From positions 49,660,198-49,724,197 of the forward strand of contig NC_090394.1 of the NCBI RefSeq assembly GCF_036365525.1: a DNA stretch of 64,000 nucleotides, written 5' to 3'. Of this stretch, positions 11,480 through 24,428 are shown piece by piece. Position numbers and translations under genes: made by a program. The stretch is from Heterodontus francisci. Lineage: Eukaryota. The notes beneath the pieces were generated by a model. The model saw only the letters and a list, made by a program, of their open reading frames with translations. It was not told the DNA's origin and ran no database searches. Numbering within the stretch: position 1 is the stretch's first letter; each line of letters opens with the position of its first letter.

Positions 11480-12420
11480 AAACAGAAGGGGAAGGGGGAA
11501 AATGCGTTTGGTAGTTAGGATGGGCGAAACAAAGGTATGGTTGAAAAAAAGACCACATTGAGGAGGTTTTTGAAAGCAGGGAGGTTGGTTGAGCATATCA
11601 GTTACGGAGATTGAGATCAGTGGTGCTTAAAGAAGGTGGAAGCAGGGAGGCTGGCTTATACAGTGTTAGAGACATTGAGATGTTGAATGAGTGGATGAGA
11701 GTTTCGTGGTTGGGGAGACACATCAGCCAATGTTACAGGAGTGGAAGAATAAATCTTGGTAATAGAGCAGATGTGATTCTGATGAAAGGTCACAAACTGA
11801 AACGTTAACTCTGTTTTTCTCTCCACGGATGCCGCCCAACCTACTGAGTACTTTCAGCATTTTCTGTTTTTTATTTCACATTTCCAGCATCCGCTGTATT
11901 TTGCTTTTGTTGAAGTTGGTTTTTAAGGTAGCTAGAATTAGGCATGGAATTGCAGAGGGATGAAGCAGAAGCATGAATAAACAGTCAACAACTGTAGAGT
12001 GGAGAATTAGGGAGAAGGAGAAATCCAGTGTTAGAGTAGCAGGCGATGTGTTACCAGACATAAGGCAGGATGAAATCACAAGGTGCAGTGGGGTGAGTCT
12101 GTACAGGGATTTGAAAGTGAGGTCTTAATTTTGAAGTCAACTTGGTGAGGCATAGAGAGGGAGTGGTACTAGGAGAGAATTGGGAGGTGATAAGAATTAG
12201 AGACTTAGTACAAATGAGCATATCAGCTGCAGAGATTTGAATCAGTGATGCTTGAAATGGTGGAAGCAGAGAGGCTGGCTAATGGAGTATTGGTGACATT
12301 GAGATGTTGGATTAGGGTTTCATGCGTGGAGAGGCACACCAGCTAATGTTACAGGAGTGGGAGAAGAAATCTTAGTAACAGAGCAGATGTGGTAAGGAAC
12401 CTGAGCTGAGATTGGGCAGA
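11480..12420 (-). mobile_element. Degraded L2-type LINE fragment with a local duplication and a PLE-end insertion
   Basis: Purine-rich L2-like sequence. About 185 bp at 11591-11774 is repeated at 12217-12391. Confidence 0.45.
11775..11908 (+). mobile_element. Solo PLE end with hammerhead motif
   Basis: CTGATGA (11779)...GAAACGTTAACT followed by the same 3' tail as 10750-10850. Confidence 0.75.
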
Positions 12421-12997
12421 CAACAAGATTCCACCACCACTACCCATCCTCCCCCTTCACCCGCTCTCCACACCTGCCCAAATCAGTTTGAGACCACAGG
12501 GGCGGTCACAAAGACAGCCATTGGAGGGAATAGAACATCAGTAAATGTACTGTAAGAGCAATCTTCTAAGGTTGTAATTAAATCAAACCACACTCTTGGA
12601 ATAGCAGACTGTGCTTTACCTCGCCTCTAACTTTTCTTTACTAGGTTCCTGAATTGGAAGTTATTACTTTCGTTAACATTGGCAATCCTAACATTGACTA
12701 ACACAAAATTTACCTGAATGAATATGTGTGTGTATGTGTGTGTCGACATACATACCTCCATTACCTTAACATTCTAGTCATTATTCATGTATGAGCCCTA
12801 ACAGTGAATGTCAGTAAGCTATTGACATGCTGATTCTGCTATTCAAAGTTTGTTTATGTGCGTTTCATTGGATAGCAATAAGAAGCATTATTTCTTTCCT
12901 CACTTAAGGTGCTGAGACCCCCATTACAGCACAGATCAAAGATCAAACTTGGGATTTTCTTGGTCAATACAGTTCAATAAATCAGTGAATAAACTTA

Positions 12998-13485
12998 CAT
13001 AGAGTTTACAGTACAGTAAAAGGCCATTCAGCCCAACTAGTCTGTGCCAATGTTTATGTTCTGCATGAGCCTCCTTCCACCCTACTTCATCTAACCCTCT
13101 TAGCATATCCTTCTATTTTTTTCTCCCTCTTGGCCTTGTATATCTTACCATCAAATGCCTCCAGGCTATTCACCTCCACTACTCCATGTGGTAGCAAGTT
13201 CCACATTCTAACCACCATTCTCTGGGTAAAGAAGATGCTCCTAAATTTCTTTTGGATTCATTAGTGACTATCATATTTATGACCATGAATTTTGTACTCC
13301 CGTCTCAGTGAAAACATCTTCTCAAGTTTACCCTATCAAACCACTTAATAGTCTTAAAGACATGTATTACGTCACCTCTCAGCCTTCTTGTTTCTGGAGC
13401 CGAGCCCCAGACTGTTCAATTTTTCCTGATAGTTATAAACTCTCAATATAATTCTTATAAATATTTTTGCATCTTCTCCGGTGCC
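12998..13485 (-). mobile_element. CR1 LINE 3' fragment
   Basis: catagagtttacagtacag tail and attctaaccacc..ctgggtaaagaag (reverse of the FTQRVV motif). Confidence 0.7.
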
Positions 13486-14575
13486 TGCCACCAGTCTGAA
13501 TGAATACCTTTACTGGAGTGAAAACAGAAACGGAGTTAGTGTTTCAGGTCGTTAACTTCTTGTTGACCTGACAAAAAAGTCATACACCTGAAGCATTAAT
13601 TCTGTATTTTCTTTATTTTCTGTTTTTATTTTTATTTCTGATTTCCAGCGTCCACAGTATTTTGTTTTTACTTTTATAAAGTGCCTTTAGGCGTAGTAAA
13701 ATGTCCCAAGGCTGTTTACTTCAAAGCCTCAGTTTTTATCAAAAGATTGGATATTTATACCTTGTAACATGTCAAAAGAACTAATAATCACACCTACGCA
13801 CTCAGATGTGTTGTTTGGAGAATTTCCCAGCAAGGAATCTATGCATTAGTGTAATTGCTGCCCTCCCATCCCAAAACATTTGAGTTTCTTCACTTTTCTA
13901 AAGATTTTCGAACAAAACAGAGATTGAACTCTCAGGTAAGTGATGATTTCTACACAGGCAATACTTGTGATCTTGATTTATTTGTGGATGGTTAGAAAAG
14001 AAAAATTGTTTATCAAGAATGAATTTCTTTTTTAATCATGTGCCTGTTTATTTCTGCAGAAAATTAAGTTAAAAAATCTATTTTATATATAACTTGGAAA
14101 CCGTATAAATTAACGTTTGAGTGTTTTATAAGTAAATTGTTCTCTGTTAAGACTTCAAACTCAAGAAAAATCACTAATAATCCACTAATGGGTAAATTTC
14201 TACCCATATGTTCTTGACATATGCTATGAATGCATATTGGAAAGTTGCACATCCCTAGCTTGTGATTTTCCAACCATTAACTTTAGGGATCAGAAAAATC
14301 ATCCTTAAAAGTTTTAAGGCAGGAAGGTATGAATAGGAACCTCTGATGATAATAGTAAAGTACTTGAGGCAAGAAACAGGCTGAAGACAGGCTGATGGGA
14401 ATGTGGTAGGAGGGTCCCAATTTCCTGGATCCCATTACCAGGTTATCAGATCCTGCCTTCCCCAATACTACCAGATTTAATGAACCCCAAGACTGCTACT
14501 TCAATATTCTGAAACCCCCTTCAGTCTTCCTTGACACCATGATCTCTTTCTCTAGACTTACCCTCCACCTTTAGA

Positions 14576-15425
14576 TTTTTCTTTATTCGTTCATGGGACG
14601 TGAGCATCACTGGGAATGCCAACATTTGTTGCTTATCCCTAATTGCCCTTGAGAAGGTGGTGGTGAGCTGCAATATAGTTCCAAGTCAGATTGGTATGTG
14701 ACTTGCAGGGGTAATTGCAGTTGGTGGTGTTCCATACATCTGCTGCCCTTGTCCTTCTAGGTGGTAGAGTTTGTGGGTCTGAAAGATGCAGTCGAAGGAA
14801 TCATGGTGGGTTGCTGCAGTGCATCTTGTAGATGGTACCATATAGATGCTGCCATGCTGCTGGAGAGAGTGAATGTTGAAGATGGTGGATGGGGTACCAA
14901 TCAAGTGGGCTGCTATGCCCTGGAAGGTGTCGAACCTCTTGAGTGTTGTTGGAGCTGCACTCATCCAGGCAAATGGAAAGTATTCAGGGCGGCACAGTGG
15001 CGCAGTGGTTAGCACCGCAGCCTCACAGCTCCAGCGACTCGGGTTCAATTCTGGGTACTGCCTGTGTGGAGTTTGCAAGTTCTCCCAGTGTCTGCGTGGG
15101 TTTCCTCCGGGTGCTCCGGTTTCCTCCCACAAGCCAAAAGACTTGCAGGTTGATAGGTAAATTGACCATTATAAATTGCCCCTAGTATAGGCAGGTGGTA
15201 GGGAAATGTAGGAACATGTGGTAGGAACATTGGATTAGTGTAGGATTAGTATAAATGGGTGGTTGATGGTCGGCACAGACTCGGTGGGCCGAAGGGCCTG
15301 TTTCAGTGCTGTATCTCTAAACTAAACTAAACTAAACTATTCCATCATACTCCTGACTTGTGCCTTGTAGTTGGTGGGCAGACTTTGTGGAGTCAGGAGG
15401 TGAGTTACTCGATGCAGGTTTTACC
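14576..15425 (-). mobile_element. Zenon-like CR1-clade LINE 3' fragment interrupted by a SINE
   Basis: Reverse-complement match to 36400-36965 (AWMSAAPTTLK, 3' end ...CCCATGAACGAATAAAG). Confidence 0.8.
14987..15338 (+). mobile_element. Full-length tRNA-derived V-SINE (HE1-like)
   Basis: A box TGGCGCAGTGG, B box GGTTCAATTC, V-domain, CR1-like tail and (CTAAA)n end. A short TATTC duplication lies at the junctions. Confidence 0.9.
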
Positions 15426-16144
15426 CTCAGCTCTTTATTCATCCATGGCATTCATTATTGGCTAGTTTGTTCTTTTTTTAACAGAATATATTTCTGCTGG
15501 TCTCTTGATCACCACTTTATATATTTCAATTGCAGTTCTATCTCTTTTTCTGTCATTTTCATCCTGTTTACCTTCCTTGATTCCATTCTCATCCCCTCAA
15601 AATTAACTTTTTTCCAATCTATTTCTTCTGGCTTGACCAATCATTATTTTAAACTGTATTATGTTCTGATTGCTATTGCCTAGATGTTCCCCCTATGCTA
15701 ACTTCTCTTATTTATTCTGGTTCATTTGCCATTTCTAAACCCAGCTGTGATTCCTCTCTTGTTGGGCTTTTTACAATCCTGAACACACTTTAAGAATTCC
15801 ATTTCCTTTTCCCCTTTCCCTATCTCTTCTTGACAGTTTATTTGAGGATAGTTGTCATCTTCCATGATTGTTATTCTATGACTTTTGCTCATTTCACAGA
15901 TTCACCTACATAATTCTTCCCCATCTTCCCTCCCACTATTAAGTGTTCTGTAGTATACCCCTTTTAATGTTGTCAATCCCTTCCTATCATTTGTCTCAAC
16001 CCATATTGATTCTGCCTCTATCTTAATATTACTTGCATCCCTTTTTTCTACTGCCATTGTTGTCTCTAATTAGTACAGCTACCCCACCCCCTGCTTCCTT
16101 CCCTATCCTTTCTAAATACATTATATACTGCAATATTTAACTTT

Positions 16145-16412
16145 AAAAACACAAGAACGCAAGAATAGGAGCGGGAGTAGACTATATGCCTGCTGCACCA
16201 TTCAAAAAGATCATGGCTGATCTGATCTTGGTCTCAACTCCACTTTCCTGCCTGTTCCCCATAACCCTTGACTCCCCTATAATTCAAAAATCTGTCTATC
16301 TCAGTCTTGAATATATTCATTGATTCAGCCAACACAGCTCCTTGGGGTAGAGAATTCCAAAGATTCAGAAGCCTCTGAGAAAAGAAATTCCTCCTTACCT
16401 CCACCTTAAATG
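16145..16412 (-). mobile_element. CR1 LINE 3' fragment
   Basis: aagaacgcaagaataggagc tail and agaattccaaagattc..ctgagaaaagaaattcctcc. Confidence 0.7.
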
Positions 16413-16430
16413 GATAATTAAGCTATGTTT

Positions 16431-18806
16431 GAGATTGAAACCAGTCTGTATTTCTCTTCGCACTTTTGCCGTAGGTGGTCAAAGCTGAGTCATAGATGGT
16501 GTCTATGATGTGGGCCCACTTGGTCTCAGCATCCCCTGTGGGAGTGTTTTGAAGGGCTGTTACAAGTGAATTTAGAAATTTTTGTAACAGCTGTGGATGA
16601 GAAATTCTGCTCGTGTTGATGTGCGGGTGGCCCTTCTGCTTGGAATGATGCAACTTCTTTGGTCTGAGTCTAACCTTGCTGCACATCAGGGAGTGGTCGG
16701 TGTCGCAGTCCGCACTGTGGAAGCTGCGTGTGATTTGAACACTGTTTAAGGAGGCTCGCCTTGTGACGATGGGGTCTAGCTGGTGCCAACGACACGATCT
16801 TGGGTGCCTCCATGAAACCTGGTGACAGAGTTTAGCGTGAAAGATCGCCCCCCTCAAATCTAAATCAGGCGACATAATCACTGACCAATGCAAACAAATG
16901 GACCGCTGGGTTGAGCACTACCTAGAACTGTACTCCAGGGAGAATGTTGTTACTGAGACTGCCCTCAATGCAGCCCAGCCTCTACCAGTCATGGATGAGC
17001 TGGACATATAGCCAATAACATCGGAACTCAGTGATGCCATTGATTCTCTAGCCAGCGGAAAAGCCCCTGGGAAGGACAGCATTACCCCTGAAATAATCAA
17101 GAGTGCCAAGCCTGCTATACTCTCAGCACTACATGAACTGCTATGCCTGTGCTGGGACGAGGGAGCAGTACCTCAGGACATGCTCGATGCCAATATCATC
17201 ACCCTCTATAAAAACAAAGGTGACTGCGGTGACTGCAACAACTACCGTGGAATCTCCCTGCTCAGCATAGTGGGGAAAGTCTTTGCTTGAGTCGCTCTAA
17301 ACAGGCTCCAGAAGCTGGCCGAGTGCGTCGACCCTGAGGCACAGTGTGGCTTTCATGCAGAGAGATCGACCATTGACATGCTATTCTCCCTTCGTCAGAT
17401 ACAGGAGAAATGCCGTGAACAACAGATGCCCCTCTACATTGCTTTCATTGATCTCACCAAAGCCTTTGACCTTGTCAGCAGATGTGGTCTCTTCAGACTA
17501 CTAGAAAAGATTGGATGTCCACCAAAGCTACTAAGTATCATCACCTCATTCCATGACAATATGAAAGACACAATTCAACATGGCAGCTCCTCATCAGACC
17601 CCTTTCTTATCCTGAGTGGCGTGAAACAGGGCTGTGTTCTCGCGCCCACACTTTTTGAGATTTTCGTCTCCCTGCTGCTTTCACATGCGTTCAAGTCTTC
17701 TGAAGAAGGAATTTTCCTCCACACAAGATCAGGGGGCAGGTTGTTCAACCTTGCCCGTCTAAGAGCGAAGTCCAAAGTACGGAAAGTCCTCATCAGGGAA
17801 CTCCTCTTTGCTGACGATGCTGCTTTAACATCTCACACTGAAGAGTGTCTGCAGAGTCTCATCGACAGGTTTGCAGCTGCCTGCAATGAATTTGGCCTAA
17901 CCATCAGCCTCAAGAAAACAAACATCATGGGCAGGACATCAGAAATGCTCCATCCATCAATATTGGCGACCACGCTCTGGAAGTGGTTCAAGGGTTCACC
18001 TACCTAGGCTCAACTATCACCAGTAACCTGTCTCTAGATACAGAAATCAACAAGCGCATGGGAAAGGCTTCCACTGCTATGTCCAGACTGGCCAAGAGAG
18101 TGTGGGAAAATGGTGCACTGACACGGAACACAAAAGTCCAAGTGTATCAAGCCTGTATCCTCAGTACCTTGCTCTATGGCAGCGAGGCCTTGACAACGTA
18201 TGTCAGCCAAGAGCGACGTCTCAATTCATTCCATCTTCGCTGCCTCCGGAGAATACTTGGCATCAGGTGGCAGTACCGTATCTCCAACACAGAAGTCCTC
18301 GAGGCGGCCAACATCCCCAGCTTATACACACTACTGAGTCAGCGGCGCTTGAGATGGCTTGGCCATGTGAGCCGCATGGAAGATGGCAGGATCCCCAAAG
18401 ACACATTGTACAGCGAGCTCGCCACTGGTATCAGACCCACTGGCCGTCCATGTCTCCGCTTTAAAGACGTCTGCAAACGCGACATGAAGTCCTGTGACAT
18501 TGATCACAAGTCTTGGGAGTCAGCTGCCAGCGTTCGCCGGAGCTGGCGGGCAACCATAAAGGCGGGGCTAAAGTGTGGCGAGTGGAAGAGACTTAGCAGT
18601 TGGCAGGAAAAAAGACAAAAGTGCAAGGGGAGAGCCAACTGTGTAACAGCCCCGACAAACAAATTTTTCTGCAGCACCTGTGGAAGAGCCTGTCACTCTA
18701 GTATTGGCCTTTATAGCCACTCCAGGCGCTGCTCCACACACCACTGACCACCTCCAGGCGCTTACCCATTGTCTCTCGAGATAAGGAGGCCAAAGAAGAA
18801 GAAGAG
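16431..18806 (+). mobile_element. RTE-clade LINE, 5'-truncated, with inverted 5' segment (16431-16840 on minus)
   Basis: RT motifs FIDLTKAFD, GVKQGCVLAP and LFADD; C-terminal CSTC...H...C finger; (GAA)n tail. The endonuclease-end segment SADCDTDHSL is on the opposite strand. TSD AAGCTATGTTT at 16420-16430 and 18807-18817. Confidence 0.93.
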
Positions 18807-19095
18807 AAGCTATGTTTCAGTTAGCACCACAACATCTGGCTCCTGACTACAAATTTTTTGCCTCCAGTTCCCCCATTTTATTCAGATGCTGTACAGTCAA
18901 TTTAATTTGATTGTATTAATTGTTCCCTTCACTTTATTCTTAAGTCATTTTATGCTGATATTCTATAATTGTATCTGTTTCCTGACCAGCAATGTTACCT
19001 TTATTCTTTCCCCTGGTCTGACCTTTACTTTCATCTCCTATTTCTTTTTCTTTAGCTTTTGTTATTTTCACTAGACACCACCACCCTCCCCTCCC

Positions 19096-19126
<31 letters not shown>

Positions 19127-20067
19127 ACTAATATGAAGTTCTATTCACAGCCCTATTTATCCATTCCGCTAGGACATTGGCAAATTCAATAATTATTATT
19201 CTTGGCTAAAAGGTGGAGCAGTGGAAGTGTAATAGCAGAAGACTTTAAAGTAAGTCTGAGTATTGAAATAAGTGCAGATGACAATTGTTCTATTATTTTC
19301 ACAAGTGTACTTTACACCAATCTGAATGTCTGGTCAAGTAGTTCATTGAAAAATCATACTTTTTTCAGACTTGGCTACATCCGCAATAGGCACGAAAAGC
19401 GAATTTGAGAGGATCAAATGCAGGAAACTTCGGTTGAAAGATAAAACTAGCCTGGAATGTGTCGTGGTTTTTCACCATTTGGCTTACAGGTGTTATGGGC
19501 CTTTATGAAATGTGTATTCTGCAGCTAATGTGAAAATGTTGCTTCAACTGTTACTTATCTCCCAGCTCCTCTGTTAGCTTTGGAGATTAATTGATCGAGT
19601 CTATTTATCCTAAATCATTCAACACATTGCGAATCAAGGAAAACTCAAATGACAATGAGCTGCAGAATATAGAAAGAACTCCAAATGCTGGAAATCTTTC
19701 ATAGAATGCCGAATGGTGAACACCCAAAACATCATAACCTGCCTTTATTTTTGCAGACGCTGACTTAACTGTGTACTTCCAGTATTTTCTGGTTTTACTA
19801 TACAATCTGCAGACATTGCTTGGTACACCTGGAAAACTATTCAGGCACAGCAGACCAAGTTGTAACACATTACTCCAAATTCATTGGAACTCACCGCTCA
19901 TTGCCGAATTCCACTGTAAACAGTTGGAAACTATTTAAATGCATTTGGAAAATATAGTCTGCAAACCTCATCTTTTTAGCTGACTGCCTTTATTTCCATT
20001 TCCCTGTAACAGAAGCCGGAGGGGAGATGAAGCCATCAATCATGTTAAACGATGTGCGGCTGCCAAA

Positions 20068-20073
20068 TATAAA
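20068..20073 (+). promoter_or_regulatory. Candidate TATA box of PTX4
   Basis: TATAAA 96 nt upstream of the PTX4 ATG. An AG acceptor-like site at about 20108 means an upstream non-coding exon cannot be excluded. Confidence 0.4.
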
Positions 20074-20163
20074 GCAAACCCCCACACATCACCATAGTTC
20101 ATTTTCAGGTTTTGTCACCAGCATTCATTGAAAGGAATACAACGAGCTATCAGACTGTTAAAA

Positions 20164-20301
20164 ATGGGTTTCAGCAAAAAATTTAATTGGATTTTCATAA
20201 TGTGGGTTTGTTGCAACCTGCACGTCACCTGCTCACAACACGCTGAAAGTGTGAAGCAAAGGAAACCTTTTTTTGAACGGCTTAGACGGCTGGAGGAACA
20301 G
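20164..20301 (+). CDS. PTX4: Pentraxin-4 exon 1 (signal peptide)
   Basis: MGFSKKFNWIFIMWVCCNLHVTCSQ...RKPFFERLRRLEEQ, where RKPFFERLRRLEEQ is a PTX4 hallmark; donor CAG|gtgggt, phase 0. Confidence 0.93.
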
Positions 20302-20669
20302 GTGGGTCTGGGCAGCACATTTGGCTGCAGACTTTGTAGTGAATGTAACTTCTTTTGCTCAGCAAGTCTGTTGTATAGAGTTCCTCTGGGGGAGAATTGT
20401 TCAGGTCGCTGTGCACGTAGATGATGATAAATGCATTCATTCAGATTTCCTCCTGTCGATAGTTTGATCAGAGCAATTCTCCCCTTACTGTAATAAATGG
20501 GAATGAGTAAAGAGAGATTTACTTTCTCAGGGCCGTGATGTTACTGGATTTCAGCCATAGGCTGATCAATTGGTGCAAGAAACGTTTTTTCTATCACCTT
20601 TATTTAGTTTAGTGTAGTGTTTGATGAAACTTGCTTTAATGTGCATCGTCTCCAATTTTATTACCACAG

Positions 20670-21261
20670 TTTCGGCGATTTCAAGAACTTAGCTTGACAC
20701 GATTACAAATAATTTCTGAGAACTTCAATATTTCTTCGAACGTGGACAGTCGGCTTCAGTTACTAACAGGACAATACAATAACATCACGGCCACAATACA
20801 CAGATTCCATACTGCGACAGAAAATGACATCAGGAGCTTAAAATCATGGATGAAAAAATTGCAGAAGAAAACCAAAAAAACTGATCTGAAGATGTCGACC
20901 TTGGAGAAAATCCTCAATGAGCGAAGCAAGCAAATGTCAAAAGACAAGGAGAAGCAGAGCTCGATCATGTCCAACCTGACAGGAAAAGTAGAAGTTCAGA
21001 GGAATGAAATCAATTCCTTGGCTGCGGGCAGGAACAAGCTGCAAAAGGAAATGGCGAGCATTCAGGATGAGGTTAAGGGCCAAGGCATTAAAATAGCAAA
21101 GTTTGAGGAGCAGATGAAAAGTGCCTTGCAGAACGACGCTCTCTTGGCGAAGCCCAGCTCAGTTCAGTCTGCAGCCGCTACAGAGCCGCTTGTGCACCGC
21201 CCAAAACCCCTCAACCAGGCACCGCGGGCAAAGCAACAAGTCTCCAAAAAAGAAGGGTCAA
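20670..21261 (+). CDS. PTX4: Pentraxin-4 exon 2 (coiled-coil N-terminal domain)
   Basis: Acceptor ttaccacag|; FRRFQELSLTRLQIISENFNISSNVD...LKSWMKKLQKK; donor CAA|gtatgt in phase 1 gives Ile-Cys at the exon 3 junction. Confidence 0.88.
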
Positions 21262-22941
21262 GTATGTCAGAATTCCAACAGCAATCTGACAGGGGTAGAA
21301 AGTTGAGAAAGCTATTCAAAATTTACAAGGCAGAATTTGACTTAAGCAGAAACTAACCACCCTGTATTGAAACTTTAGCCTCCCTGTTTCCTCCTTTATA
21401 TCATTTCTGACCCTTTCTTAAAATGTAGACGTCCGCCTGAATTAGTCTAAAATAATTCCACCCCGTAAAATCGAAGTGCTCAAAGGTAACAAAGCATCTT
21501 GCTATAATTCTGTCCCTGTTAAAGCTGCATCGCGCTGGAATACCTTTTTAAAATTTAAATTAGGATTTAAAAGACTGCAAGGGAATGTGACACAAAAATG
21601 AGGGGGAAGACTTTTTAAAAAATCAACATAACTCTCATTTACAAAGGCAGCGAGCAAAGCGATACTTGCATGGGAGCATAGCGGCGCTGTGCTTTGTGTA
21701 TTCCGGGATATTTCATGTATGCAGCATTGCAAAGATTGGATGTTTCATGAAAACTAATAACTTAGTGCTGACTCTTCAGTACTCTCCTCCATCCCAACAA
21801 TATGTCTCAACTCCATCCCCAGAATAGCAGCCCTCTTCAGAAACTGGAGCCTGCAGAATGACAAAAGGTCAGAGGTCCGGAGCATGTGGTTGCTAAATTA
21901 CTTTCATGGGGTATTTAGGTTAACATGCTATAAATGCAGAAGGACGTATATTAATATCGTTGAACCATTTATGATCAATGGCTAGTCGACAGAGAAGTAA
22001 GACATTTCAGCAGGAATAAGTGTGAAGTCATGAAATTTGGTTTGCTTATTCAATGAATAGTAAAGAGATTGAAAAATTTGGTGAATAGGTTATTAAAATC
22101 ATAGGTTCAGCGTTCACAGGGGTGAAAAAAAGCAAATGAAATTTTGCAACATATACCCAAGTGGGTGATTTCGAAGTAAGAGGCAATGTTGATCTTGGTG
22201 ATGCCACATCTGGAAGTGTTGTGTTCAATTTTGCTCTCTGTATTAGAGAAAAAATATAGGGAGTCTAAACAAGAGCTACAATGCCAATTCCAGAATTTAG
22301 AGAGCTGAATTAGGAGGAAATGTTGTCTACACTGGGACGTTTGTCCCCAGAGAAGAAAAGAATGAGAAGGGACTTGGTGAGATCATGAAGATTTTAGCAA
22401 GTTTTGTCGAGTTTGAATTCAGGAAAATTCTTCTGTCTCTCACAGAATTACAAGATTAGGGGACAATTTAAAAGGGTGAGAATAGAAAATAAGAAATGTA
22501 TGCAACTTTTGTTATGGAGAGTGATAGTATTTCAGAACAAAATAGCAGTGGTAGTCGAAGAGAAAACACAGGTAGGCTTGAAAAAAAGGAATTATATAGA
22601 AATTAAAACACAGAAGCAGGACACTTGATTCAACCTGTATGCAATGATGTTTATTCTCCACACGAGGAGTAGTCCTAATCCCATGTGCTTGCTCTATTCC
22701 CAGATCTCTTTATTTCCCTTTCCTTCAACCACCTCTAAAAACTGTTCTCAACTGTTGACATGGCCTCTGCTTAAAATATCAATTCCAGTAGTGTGTTCAA
22801 TAACTGTACAAACCTCAGTGTAAAAACGTTTGGGAAAGCTATTAGTCCTTAAATTATTGAAAAATATAGGTTCCAAATGCCGTATAAATGGGATGACTCA
22901 GAATGTACAAAGCACAACAATGCATGCTAAGGACTCTTGTT

Positions 22942-24428
22942 CATAGAAACATAGAAAATAGGAGCAGGAGTAGGCCATTCGGCCCTTCGAGCCTGCTCCG
23001 CCATTCATTATGATCATGGCTGATCATCCAACTCAGTCGCCTATTCCCACTTTCGCCTCATACCCTTTGATCCCTTTGGACCCAAGAGCTATATCTAACT
23101 CCTTCTTGAAAACATACAATGTTTTGGTCTCAACTGCTTTCTGTGGTAGCGAATTTCACAGGCTCACCACTCTCTGGGTAAAGAAATTTCTCCTCATCTC
23201 AGTCCTGAAAGCTTTACCCCATATCCTTAGACTATGATCCCTGGTTCTGGACTCCCCCACCATCAAACCTTCTTGCATCTACCCTGCCAAATTCTGTTAG
23301 AATTTTATAGGTTTCTATGAGATCCTCCCCTCACTCTTCTGAACTCCAGCGAATATAATCCTAACCGACTCAATTTCTCCTCATACGTCAGTCCCACCAT
23401 CCCAGGAATCAGTCTGGTAAATCTTCACTGCACTCCCTCTATAGCAAGAACATCCTTCCTCAGATAAGGAGACCAAAACTGCACACAATATTCCAGGTGT
23501 AGCCTCACCAAGGCCCTGTATAATTGCAGCAAGACATCCCTGCTCCTGTACTCGAATCGTCTCGCTATGAAGGCCAACATACCTTGATAGGTTGATAGGT
23601 AAATTGGCCATTGTAAATTGCCCCTAGTGTAGGTAGGTGGTAGGGAATATGGGATTACTGTAGGGTTAGTATAAATGGGTGGTTGTTGGTCGGCACAGAC
23701 TCGGTGGGCTGAAGGGCCTGTTTCAGTGCTTTATCTCTAAAAAAAAGATTTAAATACCATTTGCTTTTTTTACTGCCTGTTGCACCTGCATGCTTATCTT
23801 CAGTGACTGGTGTACGAGAACACCCAGGTCTAGCTGCATATTCCCCTCTCTCAATTTATAGCCGTTCAGATAATACTCTACCTTCCTGTTTCAGCTACAA
23901 AGTGGATAACCTCACATTTAGCCACATTGTACTGCATCTGTCATGAGTCATCTGTCCATTTGCCCACTCACTCAACTTGTCCAAATCACCCTGCCTGCCA
24001 TTCGGAAAAAGACCCATTTATCCCTACTCGTTGTTTCCTGTCCGCCAACCAATTTTCTATCCATCGCAATACACTACCCCTAATCCCATGCGCTTTAATT
24101 TTACATGCTAATCTCTTATGTGGGATTTTGTCGAAAGCCTTCTGAAAGTCCAAATAAACTACATCCACTGGCTCCCCCTCATCAACTCTACTAGTTACAT
24201 CCTCGAAGAATTCTAGTAGATTTGTCAAGCATGATTTCCCTTTCGGAAATCCATGCTGACTCTGCCCGATTCTACCACTGTTCTCTAAGTGCTCTGCTAC
24301 AAAATCTTTGATCATGGACTCTAGAATTTTCCCCACTGCCGACGTCAGGCTGACTGGTCTATAATTCCCTGCTTTCTCTCTACCTCCCTTTTTAAATAGT
24401 GGGGTTACATTAGCTACCCTCCAGTCAT
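22942..24428 (-). mobile_element. CR1 LINE, 5'-truncated and internally deleted
   Basis: NYRPVSLTS, QHGF, YLDFQKAFDK motifs; (CATAGAAA)n tail at 22942. Confidence 0.9.
23586..23745 (+). mobile_element. 5'-truncated HE1-like SINE nested in CR1
   Basis: Matches the 3' half of 14987-15338. ATACC occurs on both sides. Confidence 0.8.

Noticed and set aside
14987-15055. tRNA gene
   Set aside because: The A and B boxes belong to a SINE head. There is no complete cloverleaf or terminator, and the sequence continues into the V-domain.
21780-21867. Possible extra PTX4 exon (cttcag|...AAAAG|gtcaga)
   Set aside because: Entering in phase 1 it exits in phase 2 and would break the frame to exon 3. The three-exon model already closes correctly.
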